This document shows positions 1-20,779 of a stretch of 64,000 nt of DNA, one piece after another. The DNA is from Salpingoeca rosetta. Its lineage: Eukaryota > Protista > Choanoflagellata. Below the pieces are notes generated by a model. That model had not been told where the DNA came from. It saw only the letters and a list, made by a program, of their open reading frames with translations, and searched no databases. The translations under genes and the position numbers were made by a program. Each line of letters starts with the position of its first letter. Position 1 is the first letter of the stretch. Location: contig JAWQFM010000003.1 of assembly GCA_033442325.1 (NCBI GenBank), positions 222,724 through 286,723 on the forward strand, given 5' to 3'.

Positions 1-1191
1 GATCGCCGAGAACACGCCACGCTCAGACCAGGTACTATCATCCGCACCGAAAGGGGGGAGAGAGGGAGAGAACAGGTGAGCTGATGTTGGGGGAAACTTG
101 CGTTTGGCTGGCTCTGTGTGTGTGTGTTTGCTTGTGTGCATGTGCTTGTGTGCATGTGCTTGTGTGCATGTGTGCGTGTGCATGTGTGCGTGTGCATGTG
201 TGCGTGTGCATGTGTGCGTGTGTACTTGTATGTGCTTGCATGTGTGTATGTATGAACTTGCATGTGCTTGTACGGTCGTGGGAATGTATACAATGTAAAG
301 GTGTTTGTGGTAGATCAAGCAGCCTCGGTTCGCTCACGGGTGCATAGGCTTACGATGGTGGGTTGTGATCGTCGCCGGGAGTCTGGCCTTGATTAATGAG
401 GAGGTGGTAATGCCCCACACCGCCAACAGCAATTCAGCCGTGACGAGCACCACGCGTGTTGCTGTGAAAGCAATGTTGTAGGAGCGAGAGGAAAACACGA
501 GAGTAAGAAAAAAGGGAGACAGTGTGAGCGACCATGCATGCGTGAATGCATTTGCGTATATTGCTGTGTGGCAACAGCGTGTACCAGCCAGTTGTGGTGG
601 GATGCATCACCGTCAGCACTCAAGCTGGTCATTTGCAGCCAAGCGCTGACAATGAGCTGTGAACGCACCGCATGGTGAAGCTGCGAGAACGTGGACATTG
701 GTGTTGAGGAGCTGCTTTGGACATCCGTAGCTCTTGAACATGTTGCTGGAGGCGGTTGTTTCCGCTCTCAGCAAAGCCACGGTTCCATTGTCCCGCAACA
801 CGACCCATGACGCCTGCACTCGAACATTTCAAAAGCACAGGTGCAGACGCGCTGTGATCAGCTGCACAATACCATGCGATCAATGGACACGCCACTGCTA
901 TTGCACGCGCATGCACTTCACGCTCGCATACATGCATGTACATGTACATATGCAACCAACGTGGGTGTGCACATTGTTGTGCATCCCACCTTCCGCACAC
1001 ATCCACAAATACACAAGATACACCCACACAAACACACATCCACACGTCCACAGACAACCACACATCGACAGACAACCACATGAGCATGCTCATGCTTCAC
1101 TGACGTGATCGGGAAAGGCTGGGTCGCTCACGGCACAGAGCGTGGCCCATGGCAAGTTTGGTCCGCCCTCGATCAACGTCTCCAGCAGCAT
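1..1191 (-). CDS. 5' portion of a spliced hypothetical gene, possibly beta-propeller-like; runs off the window start
   Basis: Hand-spliced, phase-compatible exons from ATG 1191: MLLETLIEGGPNLPWATLCAVSDPAFPDH, ASWVVLRDNGTVALLRAE...VHVLAASPC (~670-815), ATRVVLVTAELLLAMWGITT...HH (~352-460), LPGLSVACSRR (<35). No recognised homology. Confidence 0.4.
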
Positions 1192-1328
1192 CGTTGTTGT
1201 TGTTGGTTGGCTGGCTTCTGGGCTGTTTGAATGTGGCGGTTGCAGGCCGATATTTGTGGCAAGATATAGCTATTTCTCATCATCCAAGATCGCCTTGGAA
1301 CACAAGCAGAAGGAAGAGACCAGCAGGG
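1192..1328. promoter_or_regulatory. Probable bidirectional promoter between the unknown (-) gene and HIBADH
   Basis: 137 bp between divergent ATGs; depends on the low-confidence upstream model. Confidence 0.3.
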
Positions 1329-4271
<2,943 letters not shown>

Positions 4272-4695
4272 TCCAGCACACACACGCATGCAGTGCCTTT
4301 TGTCTCTCTCGCTTCCCCACAAATACAACGAAAGCGCCTGCACACTGCACTCGATAAGCCAAGCCAACCCAGCCAGTTCCTCTCCACCTCAAGTTTTTCT
4401 GTGTTGTGTTGTGACATGATGTGATGTGATGACTGTTTCTTCAACAAGTTGGTGAGTTGTTGTTTTGGTTTACTGAGCAAAAGCATCACACGTCTCCTGA
4501 ACAGCAGGAACTTGAAACTTGTGCGAAGCTTACACACTCATTCAACGCAGTGGTTTGTTGAAGGGGGTTCGTTAAGGGGTAACACAATTAGTAAAGATAG
4601 GGCACGCGAGTACAGCAACGAGTGTGCGATTGATAGCAGACACCGCATGACACACAGCAAGAGTACAAGCATTGCGCCGCCATGTGTTTGCCTGC

Positions 4696-5928
<1,233 letters not shown>

Positions 5929-6974
5929 TCAAGCAGTCGCTCGTTTGTCAGACAAAACAACAACAACAACAACAACAACACCCCACTGCACTGCGCACTG
6001 CCAGCAAAAGGCACAGGCAAAGAAGAAGGTTCACCAGGGAAGCTTTGTGGCTGGTTGTGTGGCTTGTCTGGCTTATTTTTGGTGCGACAACAACACAGCC
6101 AGCACACAAAAAAAAAGGCTGGGCGTCCCACAGTTGCGACAACTCACACGGACATTCTGCAACGGAAATGCCCCCTGAGAAAGCATTCGGGAAAGTGGGC
6201 GGTGCCACGAAGCCACACAACCCAGAGCAAACGAAGCGGGTGGCGAACAGAGGTTCCCAAATCGGGAAACCTGTGATGGCATGCAACACGTCAAACATGA
6301 CAGGTGCAAGCCGTTTGGATGGATGGCATTGGAGCCGCCACAATTTCGAACTGGGTGGTTGATTTGAAGCAGCGTGCTGCTGAGTTTGATGATGAAATGA
6401 TGACGTGAGCACGCAGACGCTACATAGGACGCTTGGGCTTCTGGGCTTGCTGCCTGCCGGAAGGACTTTGTCGTGTGTGTTCTGTTGCTTGTTTGTGTTG
6501 TTTGCTTTGCAGGAGTAGGAAAGACTCCGAGAAGCACATGAATTACAAGGTACACAGAGCGGAAGAAACGCTCTTGTTGGTTCTAAGTGTGTGCGGGTTG
6601 AATGTAATCAAAGTGCAACAAACGAACGGGTCTCAAACAAGATGTCACTGCTGTGCTGCTGTGCTCTTGCGGCACTATCACGGCAGCACAACTACCCGAA
6701 CTCCTTGACCTTTGTGTCACAGGCACAGCAAGAGCAAAATCAACCCAACAAAATAAAAGAAAAGCTGTGATAGTGTTATGTGCAGACAATTCCAAGTACC
6801 GGAAACGCTCAACCAAGAACTACAGCTTGTTTCGATCGAGGAGCATACGCCTGCCCTTACGCCAAGAGCGCTGTCGATTCGAGAGGCAGCAGCGTTCTAG
6901 CCAGCGTTCCAACACCAAAGAGGCAGAGAACGAGAGAAGGAGAGAACGAGAGAACGAGAGAAAAAAAAAAAAAA

Positions 6975-9900
6975 GTGCCGCGGTTGTAACGGTCGTGGCG
7001 GTCCTGTGAGCGCGAGCAACAGCAGCCACCACCACCACCGACGGCGGCCACTGCGGCCGCGCCATGGACGCAGCCATGCGTGGCAAGCGCCACGGCAGCG
7101 ACGAGACCGAGGACAGCGGTGGAAACGACGGCCCACCCAGCAGGAAGGCCGCCCACCACGACTCCCCGTGGCGTCACCGCCTCCGGCCTAACCGCCAGAG
7201 CCGATCGCCCCCGCTCACGCAACGCCCCCAAGCCGCACCCCGCTCGCCGTCAGCCTCCCCCGCCCGCACAGAGCACCCGGCAACCACCGGACACCCCCCG
7301 CCCGCGCCCGGCGACGGCCACGACGAACGAGGTAACGAAAACACGCCACAGGACACGCCCGGTCCTGCGTCGCGTGCATCCCCTACCCCACCGCCGCGCA
7401 GCCGCCAGGCCGACATCTCCAGAGGACGGGACAAGCAGCCCCGCCCCAGATCCGCCTCAACAGGACGCCGCACCGTGCGCACTCGCCGGCATCATACTGC
7501 CGAGCCCAGCCGCACCGCGCAGCCCCACATCGATACCACGAGCCCCCGCGCTCCCCAGGACCAGCAGGTGCGAACCGCCACCCCGTTCCCATCCCAGGCA
7601 CGTGACGCTTCTTCCCCCACCGCTTCTCCTGCCATCCCCCCTGGCCACCCCAGCCAGACCGAGGGCCCAGCCCCTGCCGCAGCGCCCCCCTCGCCGCCCC
7701 GGCCGGCCTCAAATGAGGACGCGCCATCAGCCCCTGCGGGCTCACCGCCATCGCCTCCCCAAGCAGGCACTCCCATCCTCTTCGAGGGACCTACCCATCG
7801 CGACACCACCCCCGACCTGCCCGCGCACGCCGCGGCCGACCGCACCACCGCCGGCATCGACGACGACCCCGACACGCAACTGCACGACGTGTTCGCGGTC
7901 CACGAGTGCTGCCGGACGCCGGGCTGCTGGGTCAGTACCCACCAGCCCGTCTCACTCACGCCGGAGCAACTCGCGCCACGCCAGCCACTCCCGCGCTTCC
8001 CCTGCCCTTTCGAGCGGTGCCGCAAGCACCAACACTCGACAGACACCGAAAACAGACGCTTCGACCTCACCAAGCTGGCTCAGCACTTCCGTTCCCAACA
8101 TGCAGACGACCTGTCCCCAGGTCTCGCGGAAGCCTTCGGACTCACATACTGCACCAGCTGCTCGGGGCACATCTTCTCGCCGCGCCACAGATGCAACAAT
8201 CGGGCACACACCCCCGAGGCCGGCACTGATGCTGACGCCCATGACCTCCCCATCCTCCAGCCCTCCGACGGCCAGTGGACCCGAGATCTCAAGGGCATCG
8301 AAGCGGACCTCGTCGAGCGCGTGCGAAACAAGGACGACAGCGATATCTTCCACTGCTACCGCACCGCCCAGAAGATCCCCAACCATCCCCTCGCGTATCG
8401 AGCCTTACGGATCGCATCCAACATGATCGTAGAAGCCGAAAGCGACCCCAACAAGCGGAAGCGACACAATGACTACGTCCTGGGTGCCTTCCACCTACTG
8501 CAGCTCATTTTCGCCAGGGACAAGGCACACTACATCCGGAACAACACACTACACGCCCGGATGTGCCTCCTCGCGTCGCGCAACTGGGACCGCCTGGAGG
8601 CACGAGCCACGATCCGGATGCGGTCGCCGCGCACCGACGAGGAAGGACGCGCCGGCAAGGCCCGCCAACACCTCGCAGCGGGGAACATCTCCAACGCATA
8701 CCGCACCCTCGCAGATGACTCCACGATGGCGCAGTGGACACCCGACACCCTCGCCAAAACCAAGGACAAGATCCGCACCGACGACGAAGAACCCTTGGGG
8801 GCCATCGACAACGTCCTCGACGACAGGGACCAGGTGTTCCAGCTCGAGGACTCCAACATCAAGGACGCCATCGCCTCCATCAAGACCAGCTCCTCGGTCG
8901 GCGCGACAGGCATCTCGCCCCACCTGCTGCGCATGCTGTCCGACAGCGGCAGTGGCAACGGTGCGGTCGCCCTGATCAACATGCTCTTCCGCGGAGACCT
9001 GCCCCACATCACCCCGCACCTCATGGGCGGCAGACTCATCGTCCTCAACAAGAAAGACGGCGGCATCCGCCCTATCGTGCCCATGGACACCGTCGCAAAG
9101 GCATTGGAAAAGGCCGCGTTCCTCAAGACCAAAGGAGCAGTCGTCGACTTCCTATGCCCGCGCCAACTGGGCGTCGGGGTTCCCGGCGGCACCGAACTCA
9201 TCGTCCACGGCATCCGAGAACACCTGCGCCGCAACCGGCAGGACGTCACCCAGAGCCTCGACATCTCCAACGCCTTCGGGTCCATCAGCCGCCAGGCTAT
9301 CCTGGACACGCTGGTGACGGAATTCCCGGTCCTGGCTCGGTGCTTCCACTCCACGTACGCAACAGCCCCGCGGCTTGTGCTACCTAACGGCGACCACCTG
9401 CACATGACCGACGGCGTCGCGCAAGGCGGGCCGCTGTCCCCTGCGTACTTCGCCATTGCCATGCACGGCGCCCTGCGGAAGGCCGCAGGTGAAGGCGAGC
9501 GCGAGACCAACGGTCGAGGCGAAGACGATAATGAGGGCGAAAGCGCGGCCGAACAACGCAACACGTGCGTGGTAGTGGCCTACCTCGACGACGTGTATAT
9601 CGCCGGGCCCCAGGAGAGCGTCGAACGGACGGCTGCCCGCTTCGCCAGGCACGCGCTCGACGTCGGACTCAAGGTCAACGCTACCAAGACAACAACAATC
9701 AAGTACGGCGACCAAACCGCCTCCGTCCTTGGGGCCCCCCTCTTCAGCGCCGCCCCCGTCGACAGGGTCGACCACGCTGCAGCCACCATTGACAAGGCCT
9801 TCCGCCACCTACCCCTGCAGTGCATCCTCATCCTCCTGAGGTACTGCGTAGTGGCTAAGGAGAACTACACGATGCGCACCACCGCGCAATGCACCCAGGC

Positions 9901-10709
9901 GTGCCGCAAGCTCGACGAGCTCATCGCCCTGTCCCTGGCCAGGATGTTGGGGCACACGAACCCGCTTAAGGATGAGTCGCTTCAACGCTGCCTGCGGCCC
10001 TATCAACGCGGCGGGCTCGCCCTCCGGTCCCAGGAGTCGGCCGCCCCCGCCGCCTTTCTCGGCGCCATACGCGACTTCTTCAACAGCACGCGACACCCCT
10101 TTGAGTGCGGCCTCCCCAGCAACACGCTTAGGACCGAGATGTCGGCGGCACTGACGCGGCTCGCGTGCACGACGCGCGACAAGGAACAGGGCGGCGTCAC
10201 CACGATTGATGAGGTCCTCAAAGCCGGGAGAAAGCTCCAGCGCACCCTGACCAGGATCCTGGATGAACGCACCCCCTACAGCCACAAGCGCACCGTCCGC
10301 GCCTTCCAGCTCAGCGCAGGCGGCCCCGGGTCCTTCCACTGGCTCACCGCGATGCCCAGCTGCCCAAAACTCACCCTCAACGACGCACAGTTCAGAACAT
10401 CCCTCAGTGCGCGTATCCGAGTCCCGGCGGCTGGGTACCACCCTCGCGCCTCGTGCAGGGCATGCCACAAGCCGACGGAGAGCGCGTTCCACCAGGAAAG
10501 CTGCCAATCCATCCGCAAAAGGCGACACGATCGTCTCAACGGCGACATCGCCGCCTTCCTCCGCAACAGCGGCCTCTCGGCCGTATGCGAGGTGGGAGAC
10601 TACGTGGACGGTGGACAGCAACGCCTGGACATCGACTGCGTCCTTCCGGACGGCACCGCCGTCGCGACCGACCTCACTATCATTAAAGTTTTACATCAAA
10701 AAAAAAAAA
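6975..10709 (+). mobile_element. Non-LTR retrotransposon with RT and restriction-like endonuclease, probably CRE clade; 5' boundary uncertain, ends in an A12 tail
   Basis: Single intronless, microsatellite-free 3.6-kb ORF followed by ...taaagttttacatc(A)12. Domain order zinc fingers-RT-CCHC-RLE matches early-branching RLE LINEs. Confidence 0.88.
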
Positions 10710-10723
10710 CAGACATTAGTTAG
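7064..10723 (+). CDS. Retrotransposon polyprotein (Pro-rich N-terminus, C2H2/CCHC zinc fingers, reverse transcriptase, zinc knuckle, truncated RLE)
   Basis: Zinc fingers CPFERC...HFRSQH and CTSC..H...HRC. RT motifs KKDGGIRPI, QLGVGVPGGTE, LDISNAFGSISR, GVAQGGPLSPAYF, AYLDD. C-terminal CRAC-x8-H-x3-C, RHD, E, RLDI...D. The native frame ends at ~10684 and the last residues come from the tail and flank. Confidence 0.9.
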   Translation: MDAAMRGKRHGSDETEDSGGNDGPPSRKAAHHDSPWRHRLRPNRQSRSPPLTQRPQAAPRSPSASPARTEHPATTGHPPPAPGDGHDERGNENTPQDTPGPASRASPTPPPRSRQADISRGRDKQPRPRSASTGRRTVRTRRHHTAEPSRTAQPHIDTTSPRAPQDQQVRTATPFPSQARDASSPTASPAIPPGHPSQTEGPAPAAAPPSPPRPASNEDAPSAPAGSPPSPPQAGTPILFEGPTHRDTTPDLPAHAAADRTTAGIDDDPDTQLHDVFAVHECCRTPGCWVSTHQPVSLTPEQLAPRQPLPRFPCPFERCRKHQHSTDTENRRFDLTKLAQHFRSQHADDLSPGLAEAFGLTYCTSCSGHIFSPRHRCNNRAHTPEAGTDADAHDLPILQPSDGQWTRDLKGIEADLVERVRNKDDSDIFHCYRTAQKIPNHPLAYRALRIASNMIVEAESDPNKRKRHNDYVLGAFHLLQLIFARDKAHYIRNNTLHARMCLLASRNWDRLEARATIRMRSPRTDEEGRAGKARQHLAAGNISNAYRTLADDSTMAQWTPDTLAKTKDKIRTDDEEPLGAIDNVLDDRDQVFQLEDSNIKDAIASIKTSSSVGATGISPHLLRMLSDSGSGNGAVALINMLFRGDLPHITPHLMGGRLIVLNKKDGGIRPIVPMDTVAKALEKAAFLKTKGAVVDFLCPRQLGVGVPGGTELIVHGIREHLRRNRQDVTQSLDISNAFGSISRQAILDTLVTEFPVLARCFHSTYATAPRLVLPNGDHLHMTDGVAQGGPLSPAYFAIAMHGALRKAAGEGERETNGRGEDDNEGESAAEQRNTCVVVAYLDDVYIAGPQESVERTAARFARHALDVGLKVNATKTTTIKYGDQTASVLGAPLFSAAPVDRVDHAAATIDKAFRHLPLQCILILLRYCVVAKENYTMRTTAQCTQACRKLDELIALSLARMLGHTNPLKDESLQRCLRPYQRGGLALRSQESAAPAAFLGAIRDFFNSTRHPFECGLPSNTLRTEMSAALTRLACTTRDKEQGGVTTIDEVLKAGRKLQRTLTRILDERTPYSHKRTVRAFQLSAGGPGSFHWLTAMPSCPKLTLNDAQFRTSLSARIRVPAAGYHPRASCRACHKPTESAFHQESCQSIRKRRHDRLNGDIAAFLRNSGLSAVCEVGDYVDGGQQRLDIDCVLPDGTAVATDLTIIKVLHQKKKTDIS

Positions 10724-11223
10724 TTAGCTCTTGTGCAGCGACATACGACTGGACTACATATGATCCAACCGGCCCATTTATATGACACAACACACCCACG
10801 TTGACCACACAAAGAAGCAAACACACACGCGTACCCGTACCTGCTGAGTTGCGTGCGAGCATGAGCGCGCTGTATGACACGGCTGCAGGGGTGCTGGAGC
10901 GGGTGCGCCAGCACAAGGGAACCATCAAGACGTTGTGTCTGGAAGCAGAGTACAAGCAAAAGAAGAAGCTCCTCGCCCTCGTGTGCCAAACATTGAAATG
11001 TGCGTGCGTAATGGGATGAATGCAGGCCTCGAACAGTGAGCGGTCATTAAAGTTTTACATCAAAAAAAAAAACAGACATTAGTTAGTTAGCTCTTGTGCA
11101 GCGACATACGACTGGACTACATATGATCCAACCGGCCCATTTATATGACACAACACACCCACGTTGACCACACAAAGAAGCAAACACACACGCGTACCCG
11201 TACCTGCTGAGTTGCGTGCGAGC

Positions 11224-15612
<4,389 letters not shown>

Positions 15613-16088
15613 CGCTCCTGCTTTGCGCGTGTGTGAGTGAGTGTGCATGTGTGCATGTGCGTGTGCATGTATGTGTCTGATTGTGTGTGTGTGTGCGTGT
15701 GTGTGATTGTGTGTTGGCTGTGTGCGAATGTGTGTGAATGTGTGTTGGCTGTGTGCGATTGTGTGACACGTTTGTGTGTGATGTGTGGCATGTGACATGA
15801 TGTGACATTGTGACATGTGACGACCTCTCTTCCACTTCTCAACAACATCGCGACCAACAAAGTGTGCTATTTTATGGACATTTTTGCATAAAATTCGGCA
15901 ACCTTGATGGGAGGGAAGACTGACCTGCTACTCACTCTCAATAACAACGTCCTCTCCCACCAACCAATCAATCAACCGACCAGCACGCACCGCACTGCTT
16001 GTTGTCTTGCTTCTTGGTGGTTGGCTTCCTCCTTCGGCTCGCCAGCTTGGTGGCGGCAACGGGCACAGGGTGCTCCTGTCCAAGGGGG

Positions 16089-18010
16089 ATGGCAAAACAA
16101 AAGATGCCGCGGTGCGGTCCTTTGTCATCATTGTTGTTGTTGGACACCACAGCGCCAGTGGTTGTGATGTTGTTGCTTCTTGTGCCGCTGATGTCGCTTG
16201 GGTTGTCCTCAACGCTGTGCAGTGCCAGCGGTAGCGAACATGGCGACTCCCCGCCCGTTCTTCAGGTGCTGTGGTGCTGTGCTGTTTGTTGTGGCGTGTA
16301 GTGTGTTTGTGCTGTGCTGTGGTGTGTGCTGTGCTGTTTGTTGTGGCGTGTAGTGTGTTTGTGCTGTGGTGTGGTGTGCTGTTTGTTGTGGCGTGTGTTC
16401 TATGTGTTGTGTGTTGTCTGTGCCATGCCGTGTTTGACCTCGTTGGCATGGCTGTGGCTTGTCTCGTGCATGTCTTGTGTAGCTTGCTTGCTTGGGACGG
16501 CCTTTGTGGCTGTGTGTGGCTGTGTGTGCATGTGTGGTCTCAAAGCCACACAACAACAACCCTCCACCCTCCGCGGCTGCAACACCTCACAAGTACGCGT
16601 GGTTGTTGTGTTGATCAACAGACCGTCGTCACTGCGCTCGAGCAAGTCACTGCCGACATTAGTCTACTGGAAACGCGAGGTGCTGTGGCTACTTTGGTGG
16701 TGTTGACTTTTTTGATGTGTTGGGGAACGATGCCTTTTGCCCGCCACACCATCTGCCCTTTCACACGAAAGCCTCGCATTTGTGTGTGTGTGTGTGTTTG
16801 TGTTTTTGTGTGTGTTTGTGTGTGTGTACATGTGTGTGTGTGTTTGTGTACATATGTGTATGTGTTTGTGCACATGTGTGTGTTTGTTTGTGCACATGTG
16901 TGTGTGTTTGTGTGTACGCACGTGTGTGTTTGTGTGTTTGCGTGTTTAGTGCAAGAGGAGAACAGGCACTGCTTATGGTGGCCAATTGATGCAGCCCAGG
17001 CGATAATTCGGGTGCGCAAGCACGGCGTGTGTTGTGTGTGTTGTGTGTGTGTGCGTGCGTGCGTGTGCGCGCGTGTGTGTGCATGTTTACCGTCGATGTC
17101 TTGCCAGTACGGTGTGTGTGCGTGCGGCGCTGATGAAACGGTTCAATCAGCTGCCGATGCTCCTTGCACCAAGGTTGCTTTTCTCTCTCACGACACGTCT
17201 TTCACACTCACATGCACACACACGCACACACATGCACACACATGCACACACGATACGTGGTAGATACGCTGCCTTTTCCCAAAGCAGGAGGCCAAGTCGA
17301 GGATACGGCTGGTCCTGCTGTCGGACAACTGGCGCCTGATACCGTGGATGTGGGACGTGGAGCTGGGCAGCCTGCGGTGCCGGTATTTCCAGCGCAAGCA
17401 GCGGCCGTCCTTGGTCATGGCCAACGTGCGCAACGAACTGCATGACGAGGAGCAGACCCTCATCTCCTGCAGTCTGGACTCAATTCAAAGCGTTGGTCCC
17501 ATTGCCTTGAACATTACAGCCATCTTCCCTTCATACCCAAAATCAGGTGTGTGCGTGTGTAGGTGTGGCTGTACTTGTGTGGTTGTGTTTGTGTGGGTGG
17601 GTTTATGTGAGTAGGTGGGTTTGTGTGGGTGTGTTTGTGTGTTTGTGTGTGTGTGTGTGTGTGTGGTTGTGTGCGAACTTGCACGTGGACATGCGTGTGT
17701 TTGTGAACTTTTGCGCGCACACCTATATCGTGCACTTGGGCGTATGCGTTTTGCGTGCGCACATAACGCGCAGTTGCGCATGTATGTGATGCGCCACACT
17801 TGTACCTGCTGTACAGCCTTGTTTACCTGTTCCAGCAAGTGCACACGCGCTTTGCTGGATACTTTGTTTGTCACCCACCGATTCCACCCACCACCACCGT
17901 CACCACCAATTCCATCCACCAACCCAACCACCCTTGCATGCCTGTGTGCAGTGCCAGAGTGGCAGTCGTCCTTGTCTATTGTTATCCAGGAGGACCTGTA
18001 CTCGCTATGA
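16089..18010 (+). CDS. Hypothetical secreted or membrane-anchored protein, ~210 aa, 5 exons
   Basis: Phase-compatible exons at ~16089-16265 (hydrophobic VVVMLLLLVPLMSLGLSSTLC), ~16622-16679, ~16950-17010, ~17263-17546 and ~17952-18010 (ends ...EDLYSL*). No recognised homology; start codon uncertain. Confidence 0.5.
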
Positions 18011-19378
18011 GGGAGACCCATCAGGCACCTGTGACCCTTCATTCAGACTGCCGCGTGTGGCATTGTGACGTGGAGGTGGAGGAAGAGGAGGAAGAGGAGG
18101 AAGAGGAGGAAGGGGAAGGGCATGGTGTTACCACGAGATTGCCTGTGAGATTGTCCACCAGCACGACACACACACGCACACATACCTTTTCACAGCTGTT
18201 TGTGGTTACGCGTAACACGTTATCTGCGTGTTGCACCAACAAGTGACACCTGCATCATGTCATGTACATACAACGCAAACACACACGCAAACACACACAC
18301 ACACAGACACACACACACACACAGACACACACACACACACACAGACACACACACACACACACAGACACACACACACACCCCACACACACACACACACCAC
18401 CCACCCCCACACACACACACACACACACACANNNNNNNNNNNNNNNNNNNNNNNNNNNNNNNNNNNNNNNNNNNNNNNNNNNNNNNNNNNNNNNNNNNNN
18501 NNNNNNNNNNNNNNNNNNNNNNNNNNNNNNNCACCCATTATCGGCACCATAATTAGTAGTAAAGCGTGGACATCCTTTTTTTAACACCCTGAAGTGAGTG
18601 TTGGGGCGAACGTTTTCCTGTGGGTCGCGCCCCAAGCAAAAGCAAAGCAAACAGCCTGACAGGTGCAAACACGCACAGCATTCCCCGCTCAGGTTCGCCG
18701 CCTGCCAACCACCCCGCCATCTCGTTCAGGTGAGGGATGATGAAGGCGGGATGAAGGCGGCGGTTGATGGTTCTCGCTGGCTGTTGTAGCTGGGTCATGT
18801 TGTCGATGTGCTCCGCTCATCACCAGCATCGAGGCACGTACTTGCCATGTGGTGTGTGATGGTCGCCGTAGCGCCACCGCCGACGCCAACAGTGAATGGG
18901 CTTTCAATGACTGTTTTGAATATCGTGTGTGTGTGTAATTTGGGCGGGAACTTCCTGTCCCCTCACGATGTGTATGTGTGTGTATTGACTCAGCTTCGAG
19001 CGACGGTGTTCGTTCGCGTTTGAACCTTTTGTGACTTACACACACACACACTCTCTCTCTCTCCCTCTCTTTCTTTTCATTTCCTTTGTGAGTGTGTGCA
19101 ACGTGTCAGTGCTGCCGGGTCTTTGGTCCGTTCTCTCGCCATCCCTTTTTTGGTGGATGCGAACATAACACCATTGTTCCCTGGATCGCGTGTTGTTCTT
19201 CCTCTTTTCATCATCTCAGAACATTCATACTCACACAACCACTCTCACCACTTCCACAACAACCCACAACAACCCACAACAACCCACAACAACAACAACA
19301 CAACAACACATTGCAATCAACGCAGCCTTTGTCTCTTCTCCTGTTGCCCTTCCCCCCCCCCAAAACTCCTTTTCAGCC

Positions 19379-19847
19379 ATGTCCGACGCCGTGCTTAAGG
19401 ACGACCTGCAGGTCAAGATCAAGTCCTCGGACGACCGCGAGTTCACCGTCCCCATGAAGGTCGTGCGTATGAGCGTCACCGTCAAGAACATGCTTCAAGG
19501 TAAACCCGTTGATTGACTGCCGCGGAGTCTTGTGTAGCTCGTTGGTTGTGTCGATGGCGATGTTGTCGATGTGTTCGTCAACTCCCTTTTTGTTTGGTTT
19601 GTTCGACTGCTTTGGTGGCTCGACAAGGCATCTGTCGTGTGGCTTTTATGCCGTTGCACATCTGTAAACGAGCTGGTGTTCTCACGTCTTGCCGTTGCCG
19701 TTGCCGGTTGCCGTTGCCGGTGCTGCCATCACTGTGATTGCCTTTGGNNNNNNNNNNNNNNNNNNNNNNNNNNNNNNNNNNNNNNNNNNNNNNNNNNNNN
19801 NNNNNNNNNNNNNNNNNNNNNNNNNNNNNNNNNNNNNNNNNNNNNNN

Positions 19848-19902
<55 letters not shown>

Positions 19903-20779
19903 CCATGCAGGTGATTGAGTACTGCGAGAACCACGCCGATGATGTTGCGGAGAAGGACGAGTCGACCAAGAAGGAGGACGAGCCATCCGGCTTCGACGCA
20001 GAGTTCCTGCGCGACATGGACCAGAGCACCCTGTTTAAGCTCATCCTGGTTCGTTTTTGTTCACACAGCCCACTGGCCATGCCGTTCACGTGCATCACTG
20101 ACGTGACCACGTCTTGGTTCACCAACCGATCCATGCCTGCCAGCTTTTTTTCTTCCTGCAAGCCCACGCACACACATACACGCACACACACGCACGCACA
20201 CGCACACCCACGCACGCACACGCACACACACGCACGCACAACTCACCACCGCTATCCCAAACGCGTTTCTTTCTTTCTTCCTTTTCTTTTCTCTTTTTTT
20301 TTGTTTGATTGCAGGCCGCAAACTTCCTTGACATCAAGTCCCTGCTGGACTTGACGTGCAAGCATGTTGCTGGCATGATCAAGAACCGCAGCGTCGAGGA
20401 AATTCGCCAACAGTTTAACATCAAGAACGACTTCACCCCACAGGAAGAGGAACAGGTGCGTCTCAGCCCGTACCGTGTCCTTTGCAAATGAAACTCGTTA
20501 CGTCCTTTAATGACACGCGCGTCTTTCCGCATCAAGCACAGTGTAACTCTAAGCCCGCCGCGTCTGCGCGGTGCATGTAGCCCATCAACGCCAACATTCA
20601 AACCGCTTTCCCTTACCCCTTCGCCCAACCACTTACTCACCCAAACACACACACACACACCCAAACACACACACACATTCTCCCTCCCCCGTCTTTCTTC
20701 TGCTACTCGTGGCCGTCGTGCTGTGGGCTTGCTGTAGGTTCGCCGGGAGAACGAGTGGATTGAGGACAAGCTGGCCTAG
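19379..20779 (+). CDS. SKP1: S-phase kinase-associated protein 1 (SCF adaptor); one exon probably hidden in gap 19748-19847
   Basis: [11 protein letters not shown]...[96 protein letters not shown]. Confidence 0.96.

Noticed and set aside
7080-8426. 448-aa alternative-frame ORF in the retroelement, considered as ORF1/gag
   Set aside because: Low-complexity, overlaps the main ORF in another frame and has no motifs; CRE-type elements are normally single-ORF.
10716-10727. ttagttagttag as a telomeric target of the retroelement
   Set aside because: Only three TTAG units, not TTAGGG, and the locus is internal and gene-dense.
18532-19051. Possible small minus-strand gene (MTQLQQPARTINRRLHPAFIIPHLNEMAGWL...)
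   Set aside because: Next to a gap, no recognisable motif and no consistent splice model; left unannotated.
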